Virus record (IMG/VR): IMGVR_UViG_3300010350_001258
Length of the DNA stretch: 23,015 bases
DNA from: a virus
Strand: one strand, 5' to 3'
Shown here: one piece after another, positions 1-9,151 of the stretch
Layout of the letters: each line of letters begins with the position of its first letter
How positions within the stretch are numbered: position 1 is the stretch's first letter
The notes under the pieces: model-generated
Told to the model about the DNA's origin: nothing
The model's database searches: none
What the model saw: only the letters and a program-made list of their open reading frames with translations
Position numbers and translations under genes: made by a program

Positions 1-63
1 CCTGCTCCTGTTCCTGTTGATCCAGTAAAAATACAGGATAAAAAAGGCTTTGAACAACAATAA
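1..63 (+). CDS. 3' end of an upstream gene (partial; ...PAPVPVDPVKIQDKKGFEQQ*)
   Basis: Frame 1 is open from base 1 to TAA at 61-63, 19 nt before the next ATG. Too short to assign a product. Confidence 0.4.
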   Translation, partial: PAPVPVDPVKIQDKKGFEQQ

Positions 64-82
64 ATAAAAAAATAACCAGATA

Positions 83-2206
83 ATGCCAACTTTAGCTGAA
101 AATATCTTTAAGTCTTTTAGAACTCCTGGTTCAGTCTTGAATAGTGGAGTAATTGCTGGTGGAAAAATATCGAAAACTTTTGATGAACCAACCTATTTGA
201 CTTTTAGACTGGGATTTAGACCTGCAAATACAAATCTTGAGTTAACAAATTACGATAAAATGCCTCATCCATTATTTGAAAGAGTAGAGCCTCAAGATGA
301 TATTAATGCGAGAAATTTTTATTCTACAAGGCAATTCTTAAGGGATGCTAATGAATTTGTTAGAGAAAAAATGCTCTTAGAATTTATTGATAAATGGAAT
401 GTTGTTCAAAATAATTATCAATGGTATTTCCAAAGTATCTCAGGAATTGATTCCTTATTAAAAATAGATCCAAAAAGAGGTATCAGGGTTTCTAAAGATG
501 GCAAAGTTACAATTAAGATGTTTGAAGGACTTGATTGGAAAATTATTCATCTCCTAAATCTTTATCGCAAAATTGCATGGGATGATGTTTATCAAAGATG
601 GATACTTCCCGATATGATGCGTTATTTTATGATGGATATTTACATTACAGAATTCAGAACATTTCATCAATCTACATTAACTACAAATCCTTCAGAACAA
701 AAACCGAAAACTTTTCCAGGTTCTGAAGTTCCCAATATGGTTTTAACGGCTATTGACGATTTAATGCCTACTTATGTTATTCATTGCGAAAGATGCGAAT
801 TTGACATTACATCATTTAATTCTCAATTCAATGATCTTAATGTAACAGATCCTCAAATGGCTGAAATATCTTTTGATATTAAAGTTGGAACTATAACAGA
901 GGAATATAGAAATTCTATTCTTGATTATTACTATACAGATCGAATTATCAATGGATTAGAAAGAAGCGTAGAATTTTCAATGCTTAAAGGAGAATCTATT
1001 CCAGTTAATCTAGGAGGTGTGAGTGTTCCTATTATCATGCAAGAGGATATTCCTTATAATCCTTTAAAAATCTCAGCTAATACTGAAGCAAGAGCATATA
1101 TAAATCCTGATATGGATTATGGGGAAAAAGCTTCTCATACATCCGGACAGCCTTTTGTTGAAACAGGTGGATCTGGTGAATCTAATCTTTCCAACGCATC
1201 TCAGGCCATTCAACCGCCAACATGGATAGGAAATACTATCAAATTCGGAAAAGCATTTGCAGAAAATCTTTTAGATACTGCAGTTGGAAAAGCTAAGATG
1301 ACTAAAATACCTGGGTTAGGAGTTTCCTTTAACGAAGCCCTTGCAGCTGCACAAAGTAAAAATATATTTGTAGTTTTTGGTCTTGTTCGTCAAGCGATGA
1401 CTCAAGATTTAGCACCTACTATGCCTTCTCAAGAACTTTCGAATAAGCTTATAGATACTTCTTTCAGAGAATTTGTTTCAAAAATTGCTAAATCAGAAGC
1501 AACAAATGGAACGGAGAATCTAGTAAGGGCTGCAAATAAAATTTTAAATGATCAAGGAATTTGGGAAGAAATAAAGGATATGTCAAAAGCTACAGATCTT
1601 ATTTCCCAAATCTATAATGAAGTGAATATAGGGAAGCCTATTGAGAATCCCGAGGGATTAAAATCCCAAGTAAATATTTTAACTTCTAATGATAGATCAA
1701 AAGCAACAGATTTAGATGGAGATCCGACTATTACAGGACAATCCCTAGTTTATAAAGGAATTCCGTTAAGTACTTCTACTTCTGGTTCAATTGAAGGAAA
1801 AACCCTGTCTAAAGTAAAAATAGGATCTACAGATGGAAATATTCAAAAAGATGAAGGACAAGAAACTAATCCTAGTGTTGCAACCTCTGTAGGTTATATT
1901 GAAAAATCTAGCTTTTCTGAAATTAAACCTAATTTGGGGATTGAAGAAGGCGGTTTGGAAAGTGCTGCTCCAAGTTTAGCAACTTCCAAAAGGGACGAAT
2001 TACAAAAACCCAGTTTTAAAGGAAGCAAACCTAATTCAGAAATTCAGGGGGGCGAAATCGAGGATACAGAAGTAAGCAAAGCTACAAAAAGTGATATTGA
2101 AAATGGAAAATATTTCTTTGGAGGCATTTCAAAAAATGAATTAGTAAAAGAAAAAATTCCAAGACCAAAGCCAAGTGAAGATTTAAGCGAACCTATAAAA
2201 AAATAA
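83..2206 (+). CDS. Virion structural protein, possibly tail-tube-fold (T4 gp19/gp48/gp54-like) N-terminal domain with a long low-complexity C-terminal extension
   Basis: 707-aa ORF directly upstream of the spike gene. The pattern VTIKMFEGLDWKIIHLLNLYRKIAWD...MDIYITE...YVIHCERCEF...EISFDIKV resembles the strand/helix order of tube-fold proteins (recognised by eye only). The C-terminal ~200 aa are S/T/K/E/G-rich. Confidence 0.5.
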   Translation: MPTLAENIFKSFRTPGSVLNSGVIAGGKISKTFDEPTYLTFRLGFRPANTNLELTNYDKMPHPLFERVEPQDDINARNFYSTRQFLRDANEFVREKMLLEFIDKWNVVQNNYQWYFQSISGIDSLLKIDPKRGIRVSKDGKVTIKMFEGLDWKIIHLLNLYRKIAWDDVYQRWILPDMMRYFMMDIYITEFRTFHQSTLTTNPSEQKPKTFPGSEVPNMVLTAIDDLMPTYVIHCERCEFDITSFNSQFNDLNVTDPQMAEISFDIKVGTITEEYRNSILDYYYTDRIINGLERSVEFSMLKGESIPVNLGGVSVPIIMQEDIPYNPLKISANTEARAYINPDMDYGEKASHTSGQPFVETGGSGESNLSNASQAIQPPTWIGNTIKFGKAFAENLLDTAVGKAKMTKIPGLGVSFNEALAAAQSKNIFVVFGLVRQAMTQDLAPTMPSQELSNKLIDTSFREFVSKIAKSEATNGTENLVRAANKILNDQGIWEEIKDMSKATDLISQIYNEVNIGKPIENPEGLKSQVNILTSNDRSKATDLDGDPTITGQSLVYKGIPLSTSTSGSIEGKTLSKVKIGSTDGNIQKDEGQETNPSVATSVGYIEKSSFSEIKPNLGIEEGGLESAAPSLATSKRDELQKPSFKGSKPNSEIQGGEIEDTEVSKATKSDIENGKYFFGGISKNELVKEKIPRPKPSEDLSEPIKK

Positions 2207-2211
2207 AAATT

Positions 2212-2991
2212 ATGCAATTATCAGACGGTTTACACTTGTCATTTAAGGATCTTCATGATAACGACTGGCTAGGAGTTATCTCGAATAATATCGATCCCAC
2301 TTTTTCGGGGAGGTGCCAAGTTCGTGTTTATAGGTTAATGGATCATTTAAATGCAAAGGATCTTCCATGGGCAGTTCCGATAAATTCCACAATATTTGCT
2401 GGTGATGGTGCTGGATCCTTATCTGTTCCTAAAATCGGTCAAATAGTTCGCATTCAGTTTAATAATGGGGATATTTATTCCCCTGAATATACTACTATTC
2501 AAAATATTGATACTCAATTAATTGAAAGAATTAAAAATGACTATGATGGAACTCATGTCATGCTTTATGATCCGGATGAAGAACTTACAGTAATTTATCA
2601 AAGAAATAGCGGGCTTCAAATGTTCTACAGGGGGAGTTTTATTCAGATTTCCCCAGACAGTATGATTACGATAGAACATGCCAACCAGGAATCTTTAATA
2701 CAGTTAGATGGGGATAAGCTTAATATCGTTACTAAAAATGAAGTTAATGTTTCTGCTGCAGCTAAAGTTAGTATAAATGCTGATGAAGTTGTAGCAAGTG
2801 GTAACCAGGCAACTAAGTTAGGGAATCCCCCCTATTATCATGCTGTTTTAGGAGAAGTTTTATTTCCATTATTACAAACTATGGCCACTGCTTTGGATGC
2901 TAAGATGCCAGCAACGCCGGGGGTAAATGTAGGATTAGTTCAGCAAGCTAAACAAGCAGCTATTTCCAATAATGTATTAATTGGCAAGTAA
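2212..2991 (+). CDS. Baseplate central spike/hub protein, T4 gp5 OB-fold / P2 gpV-like, no lysozyme domain
   Basis: WLGVISNNIDPTFSGRCQVRV...LPWAVP...GSLSVPKIGQIVRIQFNNGD...PEY matches the gp5/VgrG/gpV OB-fold signature. It is followed by short beta-strand repeats (SFIQISPDSMITIEH, SLIQLDGDKLNIVTK) typical of the spike beta-helix. Confidence 0.85.
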   Translation: MQLSDGLHLSFKDLHDNDWLGVISNNIDPTFSGRCQVRVYRLMDHLNAKDLPWAVPINSTIFAGDGAGSLSVPKIGQIVRIQFNNGDIYSPEYTTIQNIDTQLIERIKNDYDGTHVMLYDPDEELTVIYQRNSGLQMFYRGSFIQISPDSMITIEHANQESLIQLDGDKLNIVTKNEVNVSAAAKVSINADEVVASGNQATKLGNPPYYHAVLGEVLFPLLQTMATALDAKMPATPGVNVGLVQQAKQAAISNNVLIGK

Positions 2992-3120
2992 TTTTTTCCC
3001 TTTATTCCATGGAATTCTTCCTTTTAATTTTTTTCCTATTTTTTCTCTAGTTTCCTCGGATGGGCTTAAACCTATATGAGCTTTTCCAATATTTATGTGT
3101 CTCGGAAAGGGAATTCCTTT
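2977..3120 (-). pseudogene. Decayed NUMOD3 (homing endonuclease DNA-binding) remnant
   Basis: The minus strand encodes NIGKAHIGLSPSEETREKIGKKLKGRIPWNKGK, with LSETHK just upstream in a shifted frame. These resemble the C-terminal motifs of the intact endonuclease at 10942-11550 (LSDSHKKNIG, SKETKDKMG, IPWNK). No nuclease domain or credible start. Confidence 0.7.
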
Positions 3121-3125
3121 TATTA

Positions 3126-3136
3126 GATAAATATAA
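3126..3136 (+). promoter_or_regulatory. Putative T4-like late promoter GATAAATATAA
   Basis: 14 nt upstream of ATG 3151. The identical 11-mer occurs at 10130-10140 (+) and 22608-22618 (-). Contains the ATAAATA core of T4-type late promoters. Confidence 0.65.
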
Positions 3137-3150
3137 AAAGAAGTTTCTGG

Positions 3151-5739
3151 ATGATAATAAGGGAAAATATAAATTTTGAAAGAGGACAGGATCCAAAAAA
3201 GAGCCTTCGTATTGGAGTTCATCATTTAATTCCTCAAATAATTGAAAAATTCGAGGAATCTCCATTTGAACTTACTCGAAGAGGAGAAGTTTTAGATCTT
3301 GAACAGAAGTATGAAGTGTCTCCAGAAAATTTTCATAATCCTGCAGGGCATCCAAAATATGATTGGGAATTTGTAGATATTATGGAAGATTTTGAAGTTT
3401 CCATTCTTTATATGATCGATTTGAACAATGGCGAAATTTTAAGAAAAATGAAAGTTTCAAATCCTCGTATTGATGCAGAATATATTGATAATGAGAATTG
3501 GAAAATTACTTCTTTAAACCCCGATAAGATTTATGAAGAAATAGATCAAGATTATGCTTTAATTGATATTGCCGATGCTGCAGAATATTTATGGGATATG
3601 TATCAAAAGCAAATAGAGGAAGAAGAATTTGAGGATGAAGAGATTGATGAAAGCTTAGATTTTGAAAGAGGAAAAACACCAGAGCAAATTAAAAGAGATT
3701 TAAGAGGACATTTTCGTCCTGGCGAAATTTTGCTCCGTCCCGATAATGGATACAGTCCTCATCAAACAATTATGGTATTTAAAAGAATAACTCCGCCGGA
3801 TTATGCTGGAGAACAATATTATGAAGTAGCTACTTTAGGATATATCAATACTAAGGGAGAGATAAAAACCTACGGATCATCTCGCTTTGCAATGGATGAT
3901 TATAATACGAAAAATATGGTTTCCATCGATACTAAAACAAGATTCCCGAATAAAGAAGAAGAGCTACTTATAAAAAAATTCTTAAATAAAAGCAAAATTT
4001 GGAAAATAAAAGAAGCTATTGGAATTTATCCTATTCTTAATGGTAAATCTTTATCCTTAACGGAATCCGTTGATTTTGTCCGCGGTCAAGAAAATCCATT
4101 GGATTCTTTAGAGATAGGACGCGTTTTGGAAAGAATAAAAGAGCAAGTTATGGAAATAGGTCCTGATATAGCTCAAAAAACTTCTCTAGGATGGTTAGTT
4201 ACTCAAGTAAAATTTGTTGAAGGAATTCCAGAGGGTCAAGTTATCTGGAATTCTAAATCTTTAAAGGATCTTACCGAATCCGGATGGAAAAAACTTTTCA
4301 GAGAAATGAAAGAAATTAAATCAAAAATGTTTCCAAATATGAAGGAAGGATTAGAATTTAATAGGGGGATGGACCCAAGGGATTCTATGGAAATAGGAAG
4401 GATCGAGGAAAGAAGAGAGGCTTTAATAGATTGGATTATAGAGCAAGATCCTATAAAATGGACGGGAAGCTCTGTATTAGCTCCTTTTATTACTCGGAGA
4501 CATCCTCATCCATGGGGTTGGGATATGAAAAAATTTGAAGATGCTTCCCTTATGGAACTAAATCATATAAAAGAATATATTGAAAAATGGGAAGCCGTTG
4601 ATAAGAAATATAATGTCTTTGATGGACCAGCTTCAAAGGTTCATGAAAGATTAGATTTTGAAAGGGGAATGGATCCTAAACAATCTATGGATATTGGACG
4701 CTTTGCTAAGATCCATAAGATTACTAGCAGCGACTTAGAATTTTTAAAAATATACACTAATGATGGAGATGGGAAGGGCCATGTAAATGAAAAATTTTTC
4801 GAAGAAGTTTATCAGGATTCATCGGGATTTCCAAAATACTTAGAAAGAGTAAGGGAAGTTTATCAAATATTAGAGCCTTATGAATATCTTTTTGGGGATC
4901 GTTTTCCTTCAGATATGAAAAAAGAAATGAAGGAATATGTAAAAAGTTACTTAAAAAATCCTAAATATAATTACGCTTATAATTGTGATATTATGGGGGA
5001 TGGTGATGTTGATGTGTTCTTTTCAGAAATAAAGTTACCTTCTGCAGAACTTCTTGGAAAAAAACCTGGGTTAAAGGAATCCATTAATTTTGAAAGAGGC
5101 ATTGATCCTAAGAAATCTATGGGTATCGGCCTTAAAGCAAAAGTCTTGAAGGGATTATCTCGATTAGTTCAAGAATTACATATAGGTTCTATAAATTTAA
5201 GTGGAAACGGAACGGATCTTTGGCTAGAAGTTAGCGATTATGGAATAGCTAATTTTGAAGATTATTTTTTCTCGCTTTTAAATAAAGAATTTTTCAAACA
5301 ATATTATATAGAAGCAAAACCTCGAAAATATAAGAATTCATGGAAAAATGATTGGGTATTTATTATAAAACCGGAATACAAGTCTTCTTTTCGGGCTTGT
5401 TTTGATCGAAATGGATATTTATTAGCAGTCGACGAACTCGGAGAATCTCTTAATTTTGAAAGAGGATTGGATAAGGAAAAATTAAGAATTGGAAATATTC
5501 GTCCGGTTGAAAAACTTAAAAATGACTACAATGAAATTGTAAAATTCGTACAAACATCCAATGGAATAAAATTTCAGTATCCTTTTTCAAAAGAATCCAT
5601 GGAATATGTTTCAGATAAGAAGCATTTTGGATGGGGAAATATTCACGTCAATTTCAAGAATATGAGTAGGGAGGAACTTTTTCCCTTTGAATTAATTGTT
5701 CGCAAATATAAAAAGCTAATGGGATTAGATGAGTCTTAA
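3151..5739 (+). CDS. Modular hypothetical protein with seven 'FERG-DPK' tag repeats (putative polyprotein)
   Basis: 862-aa ORF. Tags start at aa 3, 165, 303, 397, 497, 641 and 763, separated by dissimilar ~95-160 aa domains. Confidence 0.85.
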   Translation: MIIRENINFERGQDPKKSLRIGVHHLIPQIIEKFEESPFELTRRGEVLDLEQKYEVSPENFHNPAGHPKYDWEFVDIMEDFEVSILYMIDLNNGEILRKMKVSNPRIDAEYIDNENWKITSLNPDKIYEEIDQDYALIDIADAAEYLWDMYQKQIEEEEFEDEEIDESLDFERGKTPEQIKRDLRGHFRPGEILLRPDNGYSPHQTIMVFKRITPPDYAGEQYYEVATLGYINTKGEIKTYGSSRFAMDDYNTKNMVSIDTKTRFPNKEEELLIKKFLNKSKIWKIKEAIGIYPILNGKSLSLTESVDFVRGQENPLDSLEIGRVLERIKEQVMEIGPDIAQKTSLGWLVTQVKFVEGIPEGQVIWNSKSLKDLTESGWKKLFREMKEIKSKMFPNMKEGLEFNRGMDPRDSMEIGRIEERREALIDWIIEQDPIKWTGSSVLAPFITRRHPHPWGWDMKKFEDASLMELNHIKEYIEKWEAVDKKYNVFDGPASKVHERLDFERGMDPKQSMDIGRFAKIHKITSSDLEFLKIYTNDGDGKGHVNEKFFEEVYQDSSGFPKYLERVREVYQILEPYEYLFGDRFPSDMKKEMKEYVKSYLKNPKYNYAYNCDIMGDGDVDVFFSEIKLPSAELLGKKPGLKESINFERGIDPKKSMGIGLKAKVLKGLSRLVQELHIGSINLSGNGTDLWLEVSDYGIANFEDYFFSLLNKEFFKQYYIEAKPRKYKNSWKNDWVFIIKPEYKSSFRACFDRNGYLLAVDELGESLNFERGLDKEKLRIGNIRPVEKLKNDYNEIVKFVQTSNGIKFQYPFSKESMEYVSDKKHFGWGNIHVNFKNMSREELFPFELIVRKYKKLMGLDES

Positions 5740-8700
5740 AGATAAATTAATAAAAGTTGCCTTTGGAAAATTAACTTCAGAAATCGAGAAATATAAGGGG
5801 TTCCTTAAAAAACCTGCTACGCTTCTCGCTTTAAAAACTGCTGCTTTTTCTTTGCTAAATATTCTACTTTCCCAATTAAAAGGTGTTATAGGTAAAAAAT
5901 TCACTGATGATGAAGCTTTATCCTATGTAAAAAATAATAGGGATCTCCAAAAGCTATGGGGTTTAATTGGGCAGGATGTAGAAGAATCCTATCTTAATGA
6001 AATACTTCTATTATGCGAAAATCCAAATTATTATGAACAAGATTTTGAAAATTTCCTAAAATCCTTGGATGGAAAAAATTTATCTGGAGAAGATTATATA
6101 AACTTGTTCAATAATTCTGATGAATTTGACAGAAAAACTTCTAATTATAAAAAGAGCACAGAAATGGCAAATGCTATTTCAAAAATAACTGAGGTAGCTC
6201 CCTGGGCATTTATGGTTTATGTAATTGGATTAAAGATAAAAGAATTTTTGTCTCAAAATGAAGATCCTTCACCATATAGAGGAAAATATCTTCAAAGACT
6301 TATTCGCACTATTTCATCTATATTAAAACAGAGAATCCAAGATGAAAAAAATGCTGTTAAGGGAGTAAAAGATGCTGCAAAAGCTATTTCGGAAAAAGAA
6401 AGAAAACAAATTGAAGCTATTCTAAAATCTTTAAAATCTTTAGATGCAATTATAGTTGGAAGCTTATTAGCTTCAGCAGTTTATCTAAGAAACCGAAAGC
6501 TTTTACAAAGTAAATCCATTGAATCATTCCAGGAAATACACTCTGCTCAATTATGCGAAATGATAACAGAACCGGAAATACCTGAAATTGTTCCAGTTCC
6601 GTTAGATGAAAATTTGGCCCTCTGCCCTGTTGATTTAGATGATAATTTAGTGCCTCATATTCCAATTGAATTATCAGATCTTTCCTGCGAAATACCTTTA
6701 GGACAGGATTCTTCAATTATGGAAGGATCCCAACCAGATATTGCGGCTAAAGCTCTTTATGAAAATACTTCTTCGGTTAACTTTAATATTTTAGTTAAAG
6801 CCGGGGATACCCTTAGAGTAAATGTTCCGATGGCTACTTATGATGGCGATAAAGTTTATCCTACTGTGAATGGAGTTGTAGAAAAAATAGAGTCTAATAA
6901 AATTTATGTTGAAAATATTTCAGACCCGGATCAAACATATTTAGAAGAAGTGGTCACTAAAATGAATGATGCTTATAAAGAATTGAATGATACTAAATTC
7001 TTTTTAGTTGATTTTTATATTCCTTCTTGGTATCCTGTAATGTTAAAATTTTCTCCTCTTATCGATGGAAGCCTTTCTATTCAAGAATCATTATTACTTT
7101 TCTATAAAACAGGAGGGGTAAAGAAAAGGTGGGATGGAATACAAAGTGATTTCGAAAAACAGAAGAAAGATTGGGATAAAAGAAATAAAGATATAGCCAA
7201 AGACAGTAAAGTAAAAGCCAAAGCCGAGGCTGAAAAGATGGACGATATTCGAGTTGAAATGAATCAAAGTGAAGAAGTTCTTTTTAAACAATTAAAGGCC
7301 GATGCTGTACAAGGGGTAAATGAATCCAAAGTAACTAAACCGGATGAAAAAGAATTCGAGCTTATAGAATATTACTTTTGGCTATCCCAAAAATTAATGG
7401 CTTATTTTGATAAGAATACTATTGCAACCACTATGATTAATAAAATATCTGAATTCCTAAGAGAAAGGTATTTTACCGACAAATATAGTGTAGATAAAAT
7501 AAAATCAAAAATCAATAACTATTGTAAGGATCTTTCTCAGGGAACTTTCTTTTCAGTTACCCCGGATTTTTATAAAATATTAAGACAAAAGTGGGACGAA
7601 TCTAATGCCCAAATAGGACAGCGTTTTACAGCTGCTGAGGACTATTTAAAGGATTTACAGAAAAATAACAAAAAACTAAATGACACTGAAAAAACCTCAT
7701 TACGTGAATTTATTTTATTCCTATTTAATTTTAGCATTGAGATCGATAAACTTATCGAAACAAAATACTCAACGGAAAAAACAAAATGGACTGAAACAGA
7801 ATTAGAAGGAATATGGATTGAACAATTCTTCGCTTCTCTTTGGAAAAGATATGATGCTCTTCCCGGGGAAATTGAAGGTTACCAAAAGGAATTAGATGAT
7901 ATTGCTCGTACTTTTACTACGTATTCGATTATAGTTATAAATGACGAACAATATAGATATTATTCAATTGGAGAAGCTGCATGTGAACCACCAGAAGAAG
8001 ATGACCCATATCTTTCTCCTAAAAGTAAAAAAGGATATGGTGATATTTCTTATTGGTTAAGATATTGTTCATTTGCTACTCTTGCAAGTGTTGCTAATCC
8101 GGCAACAAGTTGGTCAACAGGGGTTCCCCCTCCAATAGGTCCTATTCCTTTTCCAACCGTTTATATTCCAATAAAAGCTTTTGAAGTAAACTGGGGATTT
8201 ATTGTTGTTGGACTTACAATTACAGGTATTTATCCTTTCCCCTGGGCTCTGTTTGTTAACTGGTCTACCGAACATCATGTTCCTTTAGCAGATCCGGCAA
8301 CTTTAGTTAAAAAAGAAGTGGAAGCTTTAAAAAAAGAACTTTCTAATCAATTAAAGGAATTTAAAAAGGAAAGATTAAAAACTTATTTGGATAAAGCAAA
8401 AGAAGACATAAAATTTCTTCAAGAACAATTATCTGATTTGCAAAATCAAAAAAGAATTCTTAGGGAGCAAAAGCCCCGAAGAGATTATTCGGAAGAAAGA
8501 AAAGTCGATATTCCTAGATATACAACAGATCTAACAAAATGGACTGAAAAAATGCTAGTCTTAGACGAATTGATTTTAACCTCTAAGAAAGATAAAATGC
8601 AAGCGGAGATTAAATATAAGATCATTAAGGATGCTTATGATGGATCTCCTATTGCAAAAAATCAGGATGCTAAAATACAAGCTTTGCAAAACACAGAAGA

Positions 8701-9151
8701 AAAAATATTATCTCAATTTGATAAGCTAGATTTATTAATAGCTGGAATTGATAAGTTTTTAGCTCCACTTCCTATTGCAACAAAACCGGAGACAGCTAAT
8801 TTTGCATTTACTGTTAAAAATCCAAAACCTATTATTAATATGGCTACGAATATTGACCAGAATATAAATTATGGTCCTTTAAATAAAATTATAGAAAAAT
8901 TCGAGCCTAAAAATGAGGACTTAATGAAAACCAATTATGGTTCTATTTTATCCAAAACATTTAATAATTTCAAAGGATATAAAACAGCTTTGAAAGCAGC
9001 TATGCCTACTATAATTAAAAGCGATCCTTTTCCAAAATATGAGAATTTAAAACCTAGTAATCTACCATGGATGTCTTTCCTATTAAAGGAATGGGCTCCA
9101 ACAGGAGCAAAAACTTATGGATTTCCAGGATTTCCTCCGCTGCCTCTTTAA
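5729..9151 (+). CDS. Large hypothetical protein, probably virion/tail associated (coiled coils, lipoyl-like hairpin, hydrophobic Pro-rich domain)
   Basis: 1140-aa ORF overlapping the previous stop by 11 nt. Contains ILVKAGDTL...VYPTVNGVVEKI, a YWLRYC...PIGPIPFPTVYIP...GFIVVGLTITGIYPFPWALFVN segment and long K/E/L-rich helical stretches. Confidence 0.6.
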   Translation: MSLKDKLIKVAFGKLTSEIEKYKGFLKKPATLLALKTAAFSLLNILLSQLKGVIGKKFTDDEALSYVKNNRDLQKLWGLIGQDVEESYLNEILLLCENPNYYEQDFENFLKSLDGKNLSGEDYINLFNNSDEFDRKTSNYKKSTEMANAISKITEVAPWAFMVYVIGLKIKEFLSQNEDPSPYRGKYLQRLIRTISSILKQRIQDEKNAVKGVKDAAKAISEKERKQIEAILKSLKSLDAIIVGSLLASAVYLRNRKLLQSKSIESFQEIHSAQLCEMITEPEIPEIVPVPLDENLALCPVDLDDNLVPHIPIELSDLSCEIPLGQDSSIMEGSQPDIAAKALYENTSSVNFNILVKAGDTLRVNVPMATYDGDKVYPTVNGVVEKIESNKIYVENISDPDQTYLEEVVTKMNDAYKELNDTKFFLVDFYIPSWYPVMLKFSPLIDGSLSIQESLLLFYKTGGVKKRWDGIQSDFEKQKKDWDKRNKDIAKDSKVKAKAEAEKMDDIRVEMNQSEEVLFKQLKADAVQGVNESKVTKPDEKEFELIEYYFWLSQKLMAYFDKNTIATTMINKISEFLRERYFTDKYSVDKIKSKINNYCKDLSQGTFFSVTPDFYKILRQKWDESNAQIGQRFTAAEDYLKDLQKNNKKLNDTEKTSLREFILFLFNFSIEIDKLIETKYSTEKTKWTETELEGIWIEQFFASLWKRYDALPGEIEGYQKELDDIARTFTTYSIIVINDEQYRYYSIGEAACEPPEEDDPYLSPKSKKGYGDISYWLRYCSFATLASVANPATSWSTGVPPPIGPIPFPTVYIPIKAFEVNWGFIVVGLTITGIYPFPWALFVNWSTEHHVPLADPATLVKKEVEALKKELSNQLKEFKKERLKTYLDKAKEDIKFLQEQLSDLQNQKRILREQKPRRDYSEERKVDIPRYTTDLTKWTEKMLVLDELILTSKKDKMQAEIKYKIIKDAYDGSPIAKNQDAKIQALQNTEEKILSQFDKLDLLIAGIDKFLAPLPIATKPETANFAFTVKNPKPIINMATNIDQNINYGPLNKIIEKFEPKNEDLMKTNYGSILSKTFNNFKGYKTALKAAMPTIIKSDPFPKYENLKPSNLPWMSFLLKEWAPTGAKTYGFPGFPPLPL

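Noticed and set aside
3005-3120. Short palindromes TTCCATGGAA and GGAATTCC
   Set aside because: Only 8-10 bp and explained by the IPWN and KGIP codons of the NUMOD3 relic.
3047-3265. 72-aa minus-strand ORF and the N-terminal half of ORF 2977-3225
   Set aside because: They overlap the promoter and start of the 862-aa gene. Only the NUMOD3 fragment is meaningful.
3151-5739. Tag repeats as a CRISPR array or DNA-level repeat element
   Set aside because: Spacing is 280-490 nt and always in frame, copies differ at synonymous positions, and no cas genes are present. Conservation is at the peptide level.
6450-7291. ORFs 6450-6716 and 7094-7291 (-)
   Set aside because: Antisense shadows inside the 1140-aa gene with no motifs.
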